Part shown: piece after piece, positions 49,560 through 62,100 of the stretch | Layout of the letters: the number at the start of each line of letters is the position of its first letter | Position numbering within the stretch: the first letter of the stretch is position 1 | From: Yuukianura sp. NJ FZ-2021 | Lineage: Eukaryota | Assembly: GCA_046563655.1 (NCBI GenBank) | Contig: CM102285.1 | Location: 7,502,001 to 7,566,000, forward strand | Direction: 5' to 3' | DNA: 64,000 nt | The notes under the pieces: generated by a model | Seen by the model: the letters and a program-made list of their open reading frames with translations, nothing else | Databases searched by the model: none | Told to the model about the DNA's origin: nothing | Position numbers and translations under genes: made by a program

Positions 49560-50190
49560 GATTCCATGTAATTTGATCAAAAAAATTTGGTCAAAAGTGA
49601 AAAGATCAAACATGAAAACGTCAAAAGTGAAAAGGTCAAAAAGTGAAAACGTCAAAAGTGAAATGATCAAAGCCTAAAAAGATCAAAGAATGAAAAGGTC
49701 AAAAAGTGAAAAGATCAAAATATCAAAATGACTGTTAAGTTTAAAGTTTAAATCGGTCCAATGTTCAGGCCAATAATCGTCTTAAACTAAGATAAGCCCC
49801 TCCTTCGAAAAGAGGCCTCCGATCAAAACTAAATTTAGTCAAAAAACCGTATTCGTAATGCAATTTGCATAAGGTTATCAACGCTACCCTAAAACTTTGG
49901 CATTGAAAACACTAATCACTATAGTCAAACTACTAACCTAACGCCGCGCCTTCGGCGCGGGAGGATTAAAAGAAGATATGGAACCAATTTAAACTTTAAA
50001 CTCAACCAAGAATTTCCGTCAATTTGACATTTTGATCTTTTCACTTTTTGACCTTTTCGCTGTGTGATCTTTTTAGGCTTTGATCATTTCATTTTTGATG
50101 TTTTCACTTTTTGACCTTTTCACTTTTGACGTTTTCATGTTTGATGTTTTCAGTTTTGACCAAATTTTTTTGACCAAATTACCTGCTACG
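49560..50190. mobile_element. MULE-type MITE
   Basis: 9-bp TSD ACTTTTTCT (49551-49559, 50191-50199); ~200-bp TIRs built of TGAAAAG(A/G)TCAAAA units. Confidence 0.88.
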
Positions 50191-52456
50191 ACTTTTTCTA
50201 TGGTTTTGACCTTAGTGGGACTTTTAGAGGTGTTGCTGAGGTGGTAAAAGTTAGGTTGTAACGATTCCTTTGTTTCGTTACAACGGGTAGTTGTGCTCCT
50301 AAGTTAGTGTTTGTGTAGTACTATTAACGTTGTCTTAAATGATGACTTGTGTAGCAGGAGAGTCTAAAGTAGGCAATATTTTAAAAGTAAAGTTAAGAGT
50401 GTGACGGAAAGTAGCCTTGGGTAGAGAAAGCGAAGCTAAGCGAGGGTTCCTGGGGAGTGAAGTAATGAAATATGAAATACTGGTCTCAAATTGGAATCGC
50501 GAAAATAGATCCTAGTCTTCCATTCCAGGAACTATGGATATCCCATAAGTGCTCTCTGGACTGAAAGTAAATTGAAGACGGATGGATGGTAGAGGAAGAT
50601 GAAATTCCAGAGAGGTCCATACCATAAGCACTTTTCTGTATGAAGTCCATCAAGGACAGATGAAGGGTCCCTGTTCCAGGAAAATGGATTTTAGGCCTTA
50701 AGATGCGTAGAAGTTCTCAAAAGTGGGCCATCCCCATATGGAAGATGAAAGATGGATGTGGAGGCGGCGTTTTGTCATCTTCAGATTCTGGACAAATTGA
50801 ATGGAGAAAGTTGTTGTAGAGTTATGAAATTGAGTAAGTTGGGTGGAGTTTTATTAAAGTAAAATCTATTCACATTGTCCAGTGCTGGAAGGAATGACAG
50901 TTTTGGAACAAACAGAAAAATCAAAATTCAAAGAACTTTTGAACTTCAGTCACAGGATTTTATGATATTTTATGCTATTTTTGGACTTTATCGTGTTACT
51001 TTCGAAATTCAAATAATTTTGAATGTCTACGGAAGATATGAGGCGGAAAGAAGACGAGCAAATATAATAATAAAATGTCGTTTTCGAAATATTCAAATTT
51101 TGAATTTCGAGCGTTTCTGTGTAAAAGCAACCTCTGAAGTGGAAAATATTACAAGAAAGGGAATGAAGGATTTGGAAGAAGCTTTTTAGATTTGCCACGC
51201 TTTGTTACCCCGAGAATGAGGACGTAAGGGAGAAAGTGATTTCATGAATTTATTATTTATTTATTTAATGTGTCTTACCTTGATTTGGAATCTCTGGCTG
51301 TCGACTGTTCTTGAATTATTGAAATGTACGTACAAAGCTTAGGACGAAGATCAAAGCCACTTTCCCTTTTCAAAGTGTCTTTCAATGTTTTAAAACTAGG
51401 TTTTAATGAAATCTCCTCTCTACATTTCTACGCGTTAGAAATAGAAAAGACAGTAAATGAAATATAGTTTTTGATGTTTCAATGTGGTGAGAAGTTTCAT
51501 GCAACCGCGTTTTCATTCCCACAAAGTTTTTGAAAAGGAAAATACTGGCCTTGGAGGCAATAATTAGTTGAATTTTTGATGAGTTGCTTTATTAATGGTA
51601 CGTTTCAAAGAATTTCAAAAGGACTGGAAGGCATGAAAAGCGTTTGAAAACGTTGGTAATTTTGATATCCAGTGAGTTTGACATGTATGGAATAAATGCT
51701 AACTAGAGTTTCACAGGAAAGAAAGTAATGTTTTCCCTTTTGTTTCACGTATTGATTTCCCATTGTTAGTGGTCTGCTGTAAGATGAAATGGAAGTGGGC
51801 GGATCAATTGTGAGTGTAAACATCTGGAAATGAGGTGGAAGTTGGCTGGAACTTAAGTTGGGACTATTGTCTTGTTGCCAGAAGTTCTGACTATGTCTGC
51901 TATTGCTATTTCTATGGAAATATACAAAAGTTTTTGTCATTCCTGGAGCCAACCGGAATGGAGAAAGTTAAGATTTTGTTGAAGGGAAAGCAGAACTTTG
52001 TTACAGATTTGTGAAACCAAAGCTAAATACCACAAAGAACTGTGAAACTGAGCCACTTTCTAAAGGTTCCCAAGAGTTCGGTTTCTGCAAAAGAAAAGGA
52101 AGTGGATGGGAGATTGGAACTTTTAGAATTCAATTGAAATCCTATAAGTTTTCATACTTTTCAAACGGGACAGTTCGATTGTCAATTTCGTAGCTTACCC
52201 GGAAATTCAGATTCCTTCAGATGCCGCAAACCCTAGTCAGAGGAAGCATTTTGAAGGGTTTTCCATATACTGCGCAAATGCGTTTCTGGAATGTTTGACT
52301 TTAAGCTTTAGGTTGTTTCGATGTAAAGCGGGTTTTTCTGAATTGGCAAAATGTTGGTACTGGGTAGAATAAGGATAATCTTAATTAAATCTTAAGTAAG
52401 TGTTAAATAACAATTAAATGCGCTCTCTCACGGTTATTTTGTTTTTATTTTCCCAG

Positions 52457-52578
52457 GATTGCGGAAAGTGTACCCGTACTACTTCACGTTCACAACTTTC
52501 ACCAAGGGTCGGTGGGTTGGAGAGAAGATTCTGGACGTGTTTGCTCGGGAATTCAGAGCACATCCCGTGGAGGAATAT
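52457..52578 (+). CDS. RPUSD2: RluA/RPUSD2-like exon (GLRKVYPYYFTFTTFTKGRWVGEKILDVFAREFRAHPVEEY)
   Basis: Hallmark RPUSD2 motif; canonical splice sites; phases consistent. Confidence 0.95.
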
Positions 52579-53293
52579 GTACGTTTTATGGATGAACAAA
52601 TAAAAGTTTGAACTCACTTTCCCGCCTTTCCTGCCCCACTGTGGCTACACGTTTTCACTTGACTCCTTCAGAAGTTCGAGCCAAAGTCTCCACTTTCTCC
52701 CTTTCCTCCATAACCCAAGAGGAAATCAGGCTCCACACAAATTCGTCTTATTTTCTACTTTCTTTAACAAAAAAACTTTAGGCATTTCCCCTGAAACTCA
52801 CTGCCAGCCGACCTCAGCAGCAGCAGCCTCTCTCCAGATTTATTTGTTCCTCAAGTTTCTGAATTTTTTTAACGGGGCGTTTTTTTGACATCATTATTTT
52901 TTGTACTTTTCCCAAGGTCCCACCGCTCCAATTTTCCTCCTCCAGTTCCATATTCCAAATTCAATTTTTTAGATATCAAATTATTTTGACAAAAAGAAAT
53001 GTCCTCAATTTTTCAATTTAGCTGAACATGACCAATTTAGAACTTTCTCCATCATTCTTACAACGCTATATGCACGGCGTGTTCTTTTTTTATATTATTT
53101 TTCTACCTAAAATTTTAAAAACTGTTCTATGAAATTGAATTTTGAATATTTCAGCTTTGTTTTTTCTCCGTAATACATTTAATGGGACTTTGGCTGATAT
53201 TGCTTTTCCAGTTTAATTAATTTTGTTTAATTGTTTGAATTTTATATTAATCCAAATGTTGACTCTGATTCTCTCTTGGCTTTTGACTACTAG

Positions 53294-53347
53294 GAACGGT
53301 GTATCAAGAGTGGTACGCTTACGGTCAACTACACCAAAGTCGACACG
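53294..53347 (+). CDS. RPUSD2: RluA/RPUSD2-like exon (ERCIKSGTLTVNYTKVDT)
   Basis: TAG| ... |GTAAAC; S4-like region. Confidence 0.9.
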
Positions 53348-53428
53348 GTAAACACCAAAACCTGGCTTTTTAAATACTGCAAAGCAAATATTATTATGTG
53401 ACTCCCGCTGTTCTCTTTTTGAATTTAG

Positions 53429-53475
53429 GACTATCGACTCAAGCATAATGACTTGCTTGCTAATATTGTTCATAG
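53429..53475 (+). CDS. RPUSD2: RluA/RPUSD2-like exon (DYRLKHNDLLANIVHR)
   Basis: TAG| ... |GTAAAG; phases consistent. Confidence 0.9.
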
Positions 53476-53806
53476 GTAAAGTCAAACCTACTTTTTACTT
53501 TATACGTTTTCTGTAGCCAACATGTATGTGCTCCACCTTCCGACGGCTGTCGAATGTGTTGGTCCTAATGCAACCAAACTTAACTGCAATTTCCGCCTAA
53601 CCTTGTACTTTACTGTGCTTTATAGATTTTGCTCAGATTCCATTATCACTCTTTTTTCTGTGCCATTTTCTTTTGTGTCTTTTGGAAGTGATAAATCGCC
53701 TTTCAAAAAAACCAGCTTTTGAAACACTTTCCACTTTACCACTTTCCGTTTTTTGCGGGAGTGGGTGAATAAATTGAGTTTAAATGGAGCGATGAATTTG
53801 TCTTAG

Positions 53807-53894
53807 GCATGAAGTCCCAATTACGGCGGATCCCATCGAGGTCATTCACCAAGACGAAGACCTCGTAGTTGTCAATAAACCGGCATCAATCCCG
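53807..53894 (+). CDS. RPUSD2: RluA/RPUSD2-like exon (HEVP...VVVNKPASIP)
   Basis: Pseudouridine synthase motif I (VNKP); canonical splice sites. Confidence 0.93.
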
Positions 53895-56800
53895 GTAAGC
53901 CACCATTAATGTCCTCTAATCACCCCGTGCCACACTTGTTTTCCCCACAAAACGTAACCTTACACGAAACAAAATTGGTTTTTGTGTGTTCTTTGCGGAG
54001 CTGGAGAGTCGGCTTACAGTTTTATAGTGTCGTGATGATGACACATTGAGAGTATCTGCTTTATTTGTGTTTTGAAATGGATAGTCATTTCCTGTTCGTC
54101 GAAATTGAGCCAATTTTTGTCGGAGGGAAATTGTTGACGTTAGGTTTTGAGTCTTTTTGAAAAGAGAAAGTGGGTAACTGACACGTTTTCTGCTTTCTTT
54201 TTTGTTCCACAGCCTGTGGATGGTGTGATGATACGTTTTTGCTGAGTTTTTGAGTGTAGAGAGACAGGGAGAGGATGGGGTTCTAGTTGTTTTCAAATTG
54301 AATTTTGACAAGGTATTTCTCCTTGTATGGGTTTTATTTTTGAAGTTTCTGCTAAGAAAAAAAAGGAGTTTGAGAGAACTTTCACCACGAAAAAATCGAA
54401 ACCCTTAACTTTCATCGCTGAATTTCCGGCGTAGTATAAAAGACGTATATTGACAAAGAACAACGCTAGAGGCGCCTTCATAGAACTTTTCCAGTTAGAA
54501 TGCAAACAAAAAACGGAAATCAAAATCTTTTCAAAATTCTAGTTTTGTCGATGTTATGAAATATATGAATTGAATTGAATATCGGTATATGAATTGAAAG
54601 TGAAGTGCGGTGAGAGAAACTGATTTCTCGGAGTGTGGCCTATGGCTTTAACTTTGAAAAATTGATTTTCCTTTTGTGTATTAACGTGAGATAAGAATGG
54701 ACCGATTGAATCATCGTAGAGTCGATGAGTCAGGAACTCTTTGTAGTGTGAGAACTTATGGTTTTGGCAGTTTGAAGTGTGACATGAAGTTTCGTAATGA
54801 GTTATGATATGACAATAAAACGGGAAGCATAATGAGGCAAGTAGCACTTCTCACTTTAACTTTCACATTGAAGTGGTAAATACTAAGACAAACTAATCTA
54901 GAGTAGGCAAATTCAGTTTGCGAATGGGTTATGTTACTGCTAAACGCGCACTGCTTTGAAAATAGTCGAAACCGTTAGAATGAAGAATGCTAGATAGGGT
55001 TGCCGGGATTTGTTGACCTTGGGGAAAAATCGAAAATTGGGGGATTTGGTGCATCAAGCACAAATATATAAGAACGTTATGTAAATACTAACATTTTACT
55101 TATTGAGTGTGAGCCACAGAAACTACGAATTGCAGTCATTGGTTAATGTCCACTGGAGTTTTTAAGCCGACTGAGTGATTCTGTTGTCAGACTTAGGCTG
55201 TGGCCTAGTAATTTGGGAGAGGATAAGCCGCTGTGCTCTGGGAAAGTCATCTGTCCGACGTCTGTTTTCCCGGGATTGAAATCGGAAGGAAGATAACGGA
55301 AAAAGCTTTAGTGCGAGGCCAGACAGACATGTCAGGAAGCTATGGCTGACATTTGGAAATGAATTGGAAAGGGTTAGCTGTTGGCCCATTTGGGAGTAGA
55401 CCTGCTCATGTCAATGTCGCCAGTCACCGCTGCTCCAAAGATTCTGGATGTCTTCAATAAGGCTGGAGGCACAAGATAAATTCGGGAGGAATCTGAGGTT
55501 AACCATGCTTGGGCCTGGCTAGTCATTGCCCAGGATTCCGGGTCAAGTGGAAGTCGTTTTTAGATGAAACTCTTGATTGTTCTGCTCATGTCAAAGGAAT
55601 AAGAACGTCGCCATAAATTCTGACTTTGTGTTTCGAAAAGGCTTGAAACTTTGAGGCTACAAAAAATTGATGGTTGTGTCCGAGGGAGGCGAATAACCGC
55701 TTTTATTTCGGAATCCTGAAGTAAGAATTATTTTCATTCTCTGGAGGTTTTGCAGAATTCGACTTCTGTATTGAGACTAACGATGCCTTTCTTTTGAAGT
55801 TTAAGAAACATTGTGGACATTCCCGTCAGAGTTGACGCTTTCCAGGGTCAAAGTTTGGGAAACTTTGCGTCTATTGAAAATCGTGACGACTGAAGAAAGT
55901 GTCACGAAAGCTAAAAGCGTGAAAGTTGTTGCCGTCAGTTGCTGGGGGTGGGATGCCAAAGAAGTGAAAGTTGACAACCGACTCCGAGGAGTTGTGTAAT
56001 TGACAAAAAATATTTGTAAAGGCAGAAACGACACGCATAGAGAAAAAACGTCAGCAGTTTCCCTTTTGTAAAGATTAATTTCAAGATTCTGGATTCTGAT
56101 TCCAGCGCATTGATACAACTGGACATTCAATTACACGCTTGAATTTGATTAAAGTGAAAAGAGACATTAGCGCGGGTCAAGGAGACAAAGTGTCGGAATT
56201 TCACGGACCGTTGCATTTTAGATGAAAAGGAAGCGTAGTTGTAATGAAATGTGGGAATCCAGTTGTATTTGCTCCGCCTGAAGTGGGATTGTCTGAACGT
56301 GGAGCTTAAAGCAGACAGCAGAAGGATTTAAGTTTCAGGTTCCCTGGAAGTAATGGATATCGATTAGGGTTTTAGTCTTTTGAGGTTTTCCGAAAGAGAG
56401 TGTTAATACATGGAAGTTTCATTTCATCTTTGACAAACGTTGACGAAAAGCCCTCGGATACAACTCAGAACCGTTAATGCTTGAGAATAAAGCATAGCCT
56501 CCTGGAAGAATACTGTTGCTGAGCTGCGGTGCGCCAGTACATAAGCTTTGCATCTTCCCGCTCCTAAAGCCTACAAAGGTTGTAGCCAAAATCCGACGCT
56601 TGGTTTACCGAAAGTTCCGTTGAGCAAGGAGCTGAAGAAGTGTCACGGTGGGAGCCCTGAGCATAGTTTATATTTGGAACTCGCTCCGGGTCCAAACAAC
56701 GACATTTTCCCAGACTTTTTTTTCACTGTTCCGAATACTTGCCTTTCGGTTCAAACTTTTCTTGGATTTTAACCAATTCACAAAGCCGAATGAAAGACTA

Positions 56801-57544
56801 GCAGAAGACAATGGAGATGAATTCTGCAGCTTCTGGCACGTGTATTTTCCCCCTTTGCTACATTCTTTTTTTTTGTAGTCATTGGCAACAGAAGACAAAA
56901 GAGCGGAGTGTAATGGGACACGTCATTAAAATCCCAAGATTTAGGAGACGCAAAGGCTCTAAAGAGACTTCAAGTCTCCTTTAACACGTTCTGAGGAAAG
57001 GATTTTCAAATTCAAGAATTCAGCGGAAATTGTTAGGAAGCGATTTCTTGTGGGTTCTTTCAGTAGTACTTTATGCTGGGGTGGATACGCTCAAACTGAT
57101 ATAATCAAATTGTGGATGACGTAATTAATAGACTAAAAAACCTTGGCTGAAAAGTTACTGACTTTGACAAATGTGGCGTTTCAAAATGGAGAGAGTGTTT
57201 TATTTAGCGTTTTAATTCTAAAGTTTTAACGTATATGGAGAATTTAGCCTGTTTTAAGGATACAAATAACAAGCTTTCCCGCTTCACATGAACATAATTC
57301 GTTCTGACGCATTTACGCATGAGGAAGATGATTAGCTAAAACCGTGTTCACGAATCACGACATTATGTTTATAACCAAATCACCTCCTCTATTACTGACT
57401 CTGTTGTGCATTTTTTGATGGGGTTTCTGCTTGATTAAACATTTCTATTTGATTAAGCGGAGCCATTAATAAGCGTCAGCAACTTTCTTTGTTGTTGTTT
57501 TCTTTTTTCTTGATTGATTTTTATATTATTTTTTTTTGTTCAAG

Positions 57545-57765
57545 GTCCATCCGTGTGGTCGTTATCGCCACAACACGGTCGTCTTCATTCTAGCGAAGGA
57601 ACACCAGCTCAAGAACCTACGAACAATACATCGGCTAGACAGACTCACGTCTGGACTGCTTCTTTTTGGAAAAAGTCCGAAGAAAGCACGGGAAATGGAA
57701 CATCAAATTCGGAGCCGCCTCGTCCAAAAGGAATACGTGTGTAGGGTGGAAGGGGATTTTCCAGA
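57545..57765 (+). CDS. RPUSD2: RluA/RPUSD2-like catalytic exon
   Basis: VHPCGRYRHN, HRLDRLTSG (catalytic Asp), KEYVCRVEG. Confidence 0.97.
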
Positions 57766-58387
57766 GTAAGACTGCAAAACTACTATTAGCATCTTTAGAA
57801 TTTTGTTCTAATGCGTTGTAGAGTGCTAGAAGCTTTTACTGCTTTCACCTCCGTCTCCGCGAGGTCGAGGGTCAACAAAGTGGTTGGATTTTCGAGAAAT
57901 CGATTCGGATCACAGGGTTGACAGCACCTGACGACCAACACCATGTACCATTAGTCCCCGTAGCCTGGGCAAATGGAACCACTCTAACCTAATAACCTAA
58001 GACGGAACGGAGGCTCATGGATAACCTAACCTAAAACCTAGCGTTGGAGCTAAGCTAACCTAAAACCTAACCCGAAGATCAGCTGTCACAGGCCCTTAAG
58101 TCTCCTCTGAGCAGGAGGTTTTAAACCAAAGTGGGTTTAGGCCTAGCCTTTAATGCTGAGCGGTTCACACTAATACTAAACCTAAGCCCCCACGAACTTA
58201 AGCCACTTCGGGAGTATTAGAGTTACAATTTATTTGAATATCATCATGTTGTCACAACGGCTTTGGAGATAGACCTGGATAGAAATTAGCGCTGTAATAG
58301 AATTTAAGTGCTTTGTTTAATTTATTTTAAATCTGGAACGAATGAATGATTGATTACAGCGATTTTATTGATTTTTTTTCTTTGCAG

Positions 58388-58578
58388 CGGTGAGATTGAG
58401 TGTGTAGAGCCGATTGAAGTGGTGAGCTACAAAATTGGAGTCTGCAAAGTGTCTAAGGACGGAAAGGACTGTAGAACGCTGTTCAAAAAGTTGAGCTTCA
58501 ATGGGAAGACGAGCGTCGTCATAGCACGTCCTCGGACGGGTCGAATGCATCAAATCAGAGTACATCTCCAATTTCTCG
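58388..58578 (+). CDS. RPUSD2: RluA/RPUSD2-like exon (motif III)
   Basis: PRTGRMHQIRVHLQFLG; canonical splice sites. Confidence 0.95.
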
Positions 58579-59221
58579 GTGAGACAGCAACGTCTTTTGT
58601 TTTGACAACCACATTCATCTCCCTTAGTCTTGACGTTTTCATGAATTTTGTTCAACGAGCTTACTCCTAGCAGCTCGCTACCTCCGGGCAATTAGAGTTA
58701 TACCTTGTCAACTTGTTGCTGTTCGTATCAATTTCAGCGTAATACTTTCTTCCTTCCATGAACGTATTGAGTGCACTTCATTCAACAACAGAATTCGAGA
58801 CTCAACAAAATATTACTTTTTGATTCAATCTACTTAGACTAATTAATTACTTAGTAGTAGATCTTCTAGTAGAAGAATAGAGAAATGAAGTCCATTTCTT
58901 GTCCAAAGTTAGAGTGTGTTCGTGGGGCCTACTGTGTTTTAAGTTTTTGGAAATATTTTTCTTTTTGATGACAAATTTGAATAGAAGTTTTTGGAAACCC
59001 AGTCGTAAGATTTAAAAGTTGACATTTTTGAACTTGTGCATGTGCAGTGTGCACTTCTTGGAAAAAGTAAGCCCTAAGTCCTAAGATTTAAGATTCGGAG
59101 TTAAAAAAAAAACTCTTTCTGCGTGCACACGTCCTCAACGCAAGGAAGGACGTTAGGGAAGCGGAATTTGTAGTTTATTATATTTTGGAATAATTTTTAT
59201 TTGAAATTGTAATGTCCACAG

Positions 59222-59997
59222 GTTATCCAATTGTGAATGACCCCCTGTACAATCATCCAGTTTTTGGTCCGGAGAAAGGGAAGGGAGGTATCATGGGAAA
59301 GACGGACGAGGCCTTGATCGCTGAACTCATTTCCATTCATAACGCAGAGAATTGGTTGGGAATTGAAGGCGAAGAAGCTGGCGGAGTGGCTGGCGTGGAC
59401 ATCTTTGGACCTCCGCTTCCTCTTGTGGGCACGTTGTCCCCGTCTCCAGAAGATCCAATTCTGATTCCTGGACCATCATTTACGACAGGAGACACTTCCA
59501 CACTCCGACTAGACAGCTCTTGCGGTTTGAGCCGTGACATGAATTCCACCGATGTGCTATCAACGATGAGCCAAGGTGAAAGCTCCATCTGCCCAGGCCT
59601 AGGAAACACTGATGGTCTCACGGCTGCAGTTCCAGGGGAAGAGGTGCAGACATTGGTGACGGGCAAAGTGACAGTGGGAACACAGACAAGTTCGGAGGGG
59701 GAAGAAGAGTCAAGTACTAGGTCACCCAGTAGTGACGAACGGACCAAACATACTCCAAGCTCAAGTACAAATGCAAATATGGAAGACAAGCAAGAACTTC
59801 CAGGAGCAGTAGCCTCGGCCTCCAATTTAATTTCAACATCTCAAACTTCAGCAACGGTTGCTTCCAGTAATTCTACGGAAACTACTTACAAAAGTGAACA
59901 GTTGACGGTGGACCCCCATTGTTATGAATGCAAAGTCAAATACAGGGATCCAAAGCCGAAGGACCTCGTCATGTACCTCCACGCTCTAAGCTATCGG
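59222..59997 (+). CDS. RPUSD2: RluA/RPUSD2-like exon (GYPIVNDPLY...MYLHALSYR)
   Basis: GYPIVNDPLYN, long S/T-rich linker, DPHCYECK, MYLHA; |GTAAGT donor. Confidence 0.93.
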
Positions 59998-60380
59998 GTA
60001 AGTAGTCACCATTTTAAAATGTTTTTAAAACCTAAAATCCGAAAACCTGGCAATTCACATTTTACCGTCCGAATTTTCTCCACAAATCTACATGCATGGT
60101 AGATCGAAACAATGTGCAAAGAATTTGTCGGTTATGAGTGAATTACAAACGGAAGCGCAGGCTAGGAAAGCTTAAGTATGAAAGTAATGTTTAATCATAA
60201 AACAAGGTATTGGAATCAAGTGAAAGTCAGAGTGAAAGCACGACGGTTCTTCCGTATGCTGCCTGGAATGATTCATATGTGGGCATCCGGCTGGAAATCT
60301 AATAACCATTAGTGAACTCCCGGTGAAGAAAAAGAAGTTAAAGTTTTGGTAATGAAAGGAATTTCATTCTTACTTTCCAG

Positions 60381-60473
60381 GGACCTGGTTGGTGCTACGA
60401 GACGAAACATCCTGCCTGGGCTGAACCAGATTGGCACGAGACAGATGAGGAACAACTCTCCTCGACAACGTAA
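60381..60473 (+). CDS. RPUSD2: RluA/RPUSD2-like last coding exon (GPGWCYETKHPAWAEPDW...*)
   Basis: TTTCCAG acceptor; W.YET..P.WA terminal motif; TAA at 60471-60473. Confidence 0.9.
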   Translation, partial: GPGWCYETKHPAWAEPDWHETDEEQLSSTT

Positions 60474-62100
60474 TTTGATGAAGGAGCGGGAAAGTGAAAG
60501 GAAGGACTACCCGGGTTTCGTTTTCATTTCAAAAATGGAACGGTGTTTTTTAGGGTGAAGGGCTAGGAGAAAGTATGGCGAGCGTTTTTCATTAGGACTT
60601 TCTTCATAAGACTACCGAATCAAAAATGGCCTCTTGCTCATAACTGTTCGTCGTCATTTCAAAAAGAAGAAAAAACATCACTGTTCCCTGGGTATCCCTA
60701 GCCTTCACCTTTTGCAAGTAAAGAAATGGCCATGATTGCTCAACTTTCTCCAGAACCGTTTCCCGGAGAAAGTTGAGACTTTCTCTTTCTTTTTAGGTAA
60801 TTTCTCTATCTTTCTCGTTAGAGGTGATACAAACTTACTGAACTTTTCTTCATTCCGACGTGATACGATTCATATTGAACGTTGTCTTATTAGAGCACAG
60901 TGAATGTGCAGTGCCGCAGTAATTGGAATGAGAGTTTTCTTATTTTTTAGACCGATTCAACTTTAATTAAATGCAACCTTGTGAGGAAAGGTTTCCTTTT
61001 TTTTTAATTACTTAAGCTCCTACTTTCACGTCTTCTCTTTCTAAAACTACAAAAAAAATTGGTTTAATTGTTTCTATTTTATATAAACTTAAGCAATCCA
61101 TTTAAATTGGAATGTACAAACACTTTTCTTTTAACTTCCTAATTTTTTGCGTGTAAAACGCTCACGTAATACGCCGAAGAATTTAGCCAAATTCTTCCGG
61201 ATTGTGATCGAAAATCAATGCTTAAAAGACGCGGCCATTTCATTAGAAGAAAAAAGTAGCAACGTAAAACTCCGTTAGCCTAAATTTAATTAAAATGAGT
61301 CCAAGCTGTTGGTGGGCTCAGATCAATTAGTATACGCTGCTTTTTTAATCGGTGCTGTTAGGATATTTAGCACAAAATATTGTTCCGAACTTCAACAATT
61401 ATGCACCGATTTAAAAAGATCTTCAAAAACTAATATTTCTTAGTTACATTACTATTCTACTTTAAAATTCGAACATGGGCCTGATTTGGTTTCTTGGTCA
61501 AGGAAATAATGAAATTCAATTTGAGTAGAGTAATCCAAGGTTACTACAACTTTTGTAATAATCATAAATCTATATAACAAAGTTTTGTTCACTATCTCAG
61601 AGAGCCTTGTATTGTCAGTCACTATTATGAAAACGTAACTTTATTTGACTTAAAAAGTTTTCTTTTGTTGTTAACTTTAAGGAGTGGCCTGCTCGAACCA
61701 ACCGCCAGAATGGAAGTAATTGACGTTAAGGAAGATAAATCTATTATTCTGATTGTTATCCCTTATTTTAAATTAGCCGACAGACAATACAAATTCACTT
61801 TTGAAGGAAAAAGACAAGTTTAGTGATGAATAAAGAGTAAGATAAACAAGAGGGAAAGGCGTCATGATTGGAGAAAGTGAAGGAGACTTCCTACATGATT
61901 GTAGTGAAAAACGGCTAGTAGTAAAAAGCGATTTATGGAAGACGAGACAAAGAAAAAATAACACTTCTTGCTACTTTTTCTGGGCTTCTTCCCCAGCCGT
62001 ACGTCTCCAGGTGATGATAGAAATACAATAAAGTGAAAATCAGTTCTTAGAGGCGGACGAGCATTCTGAGCCTTTGTCTTCAATTTTTGTCACAACGTCA

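Noticed and set aside
59337..59825. 162-aa antisense ORF
   Set aside because: Shadow of the RPUSD2-like exon on the opposite strand.
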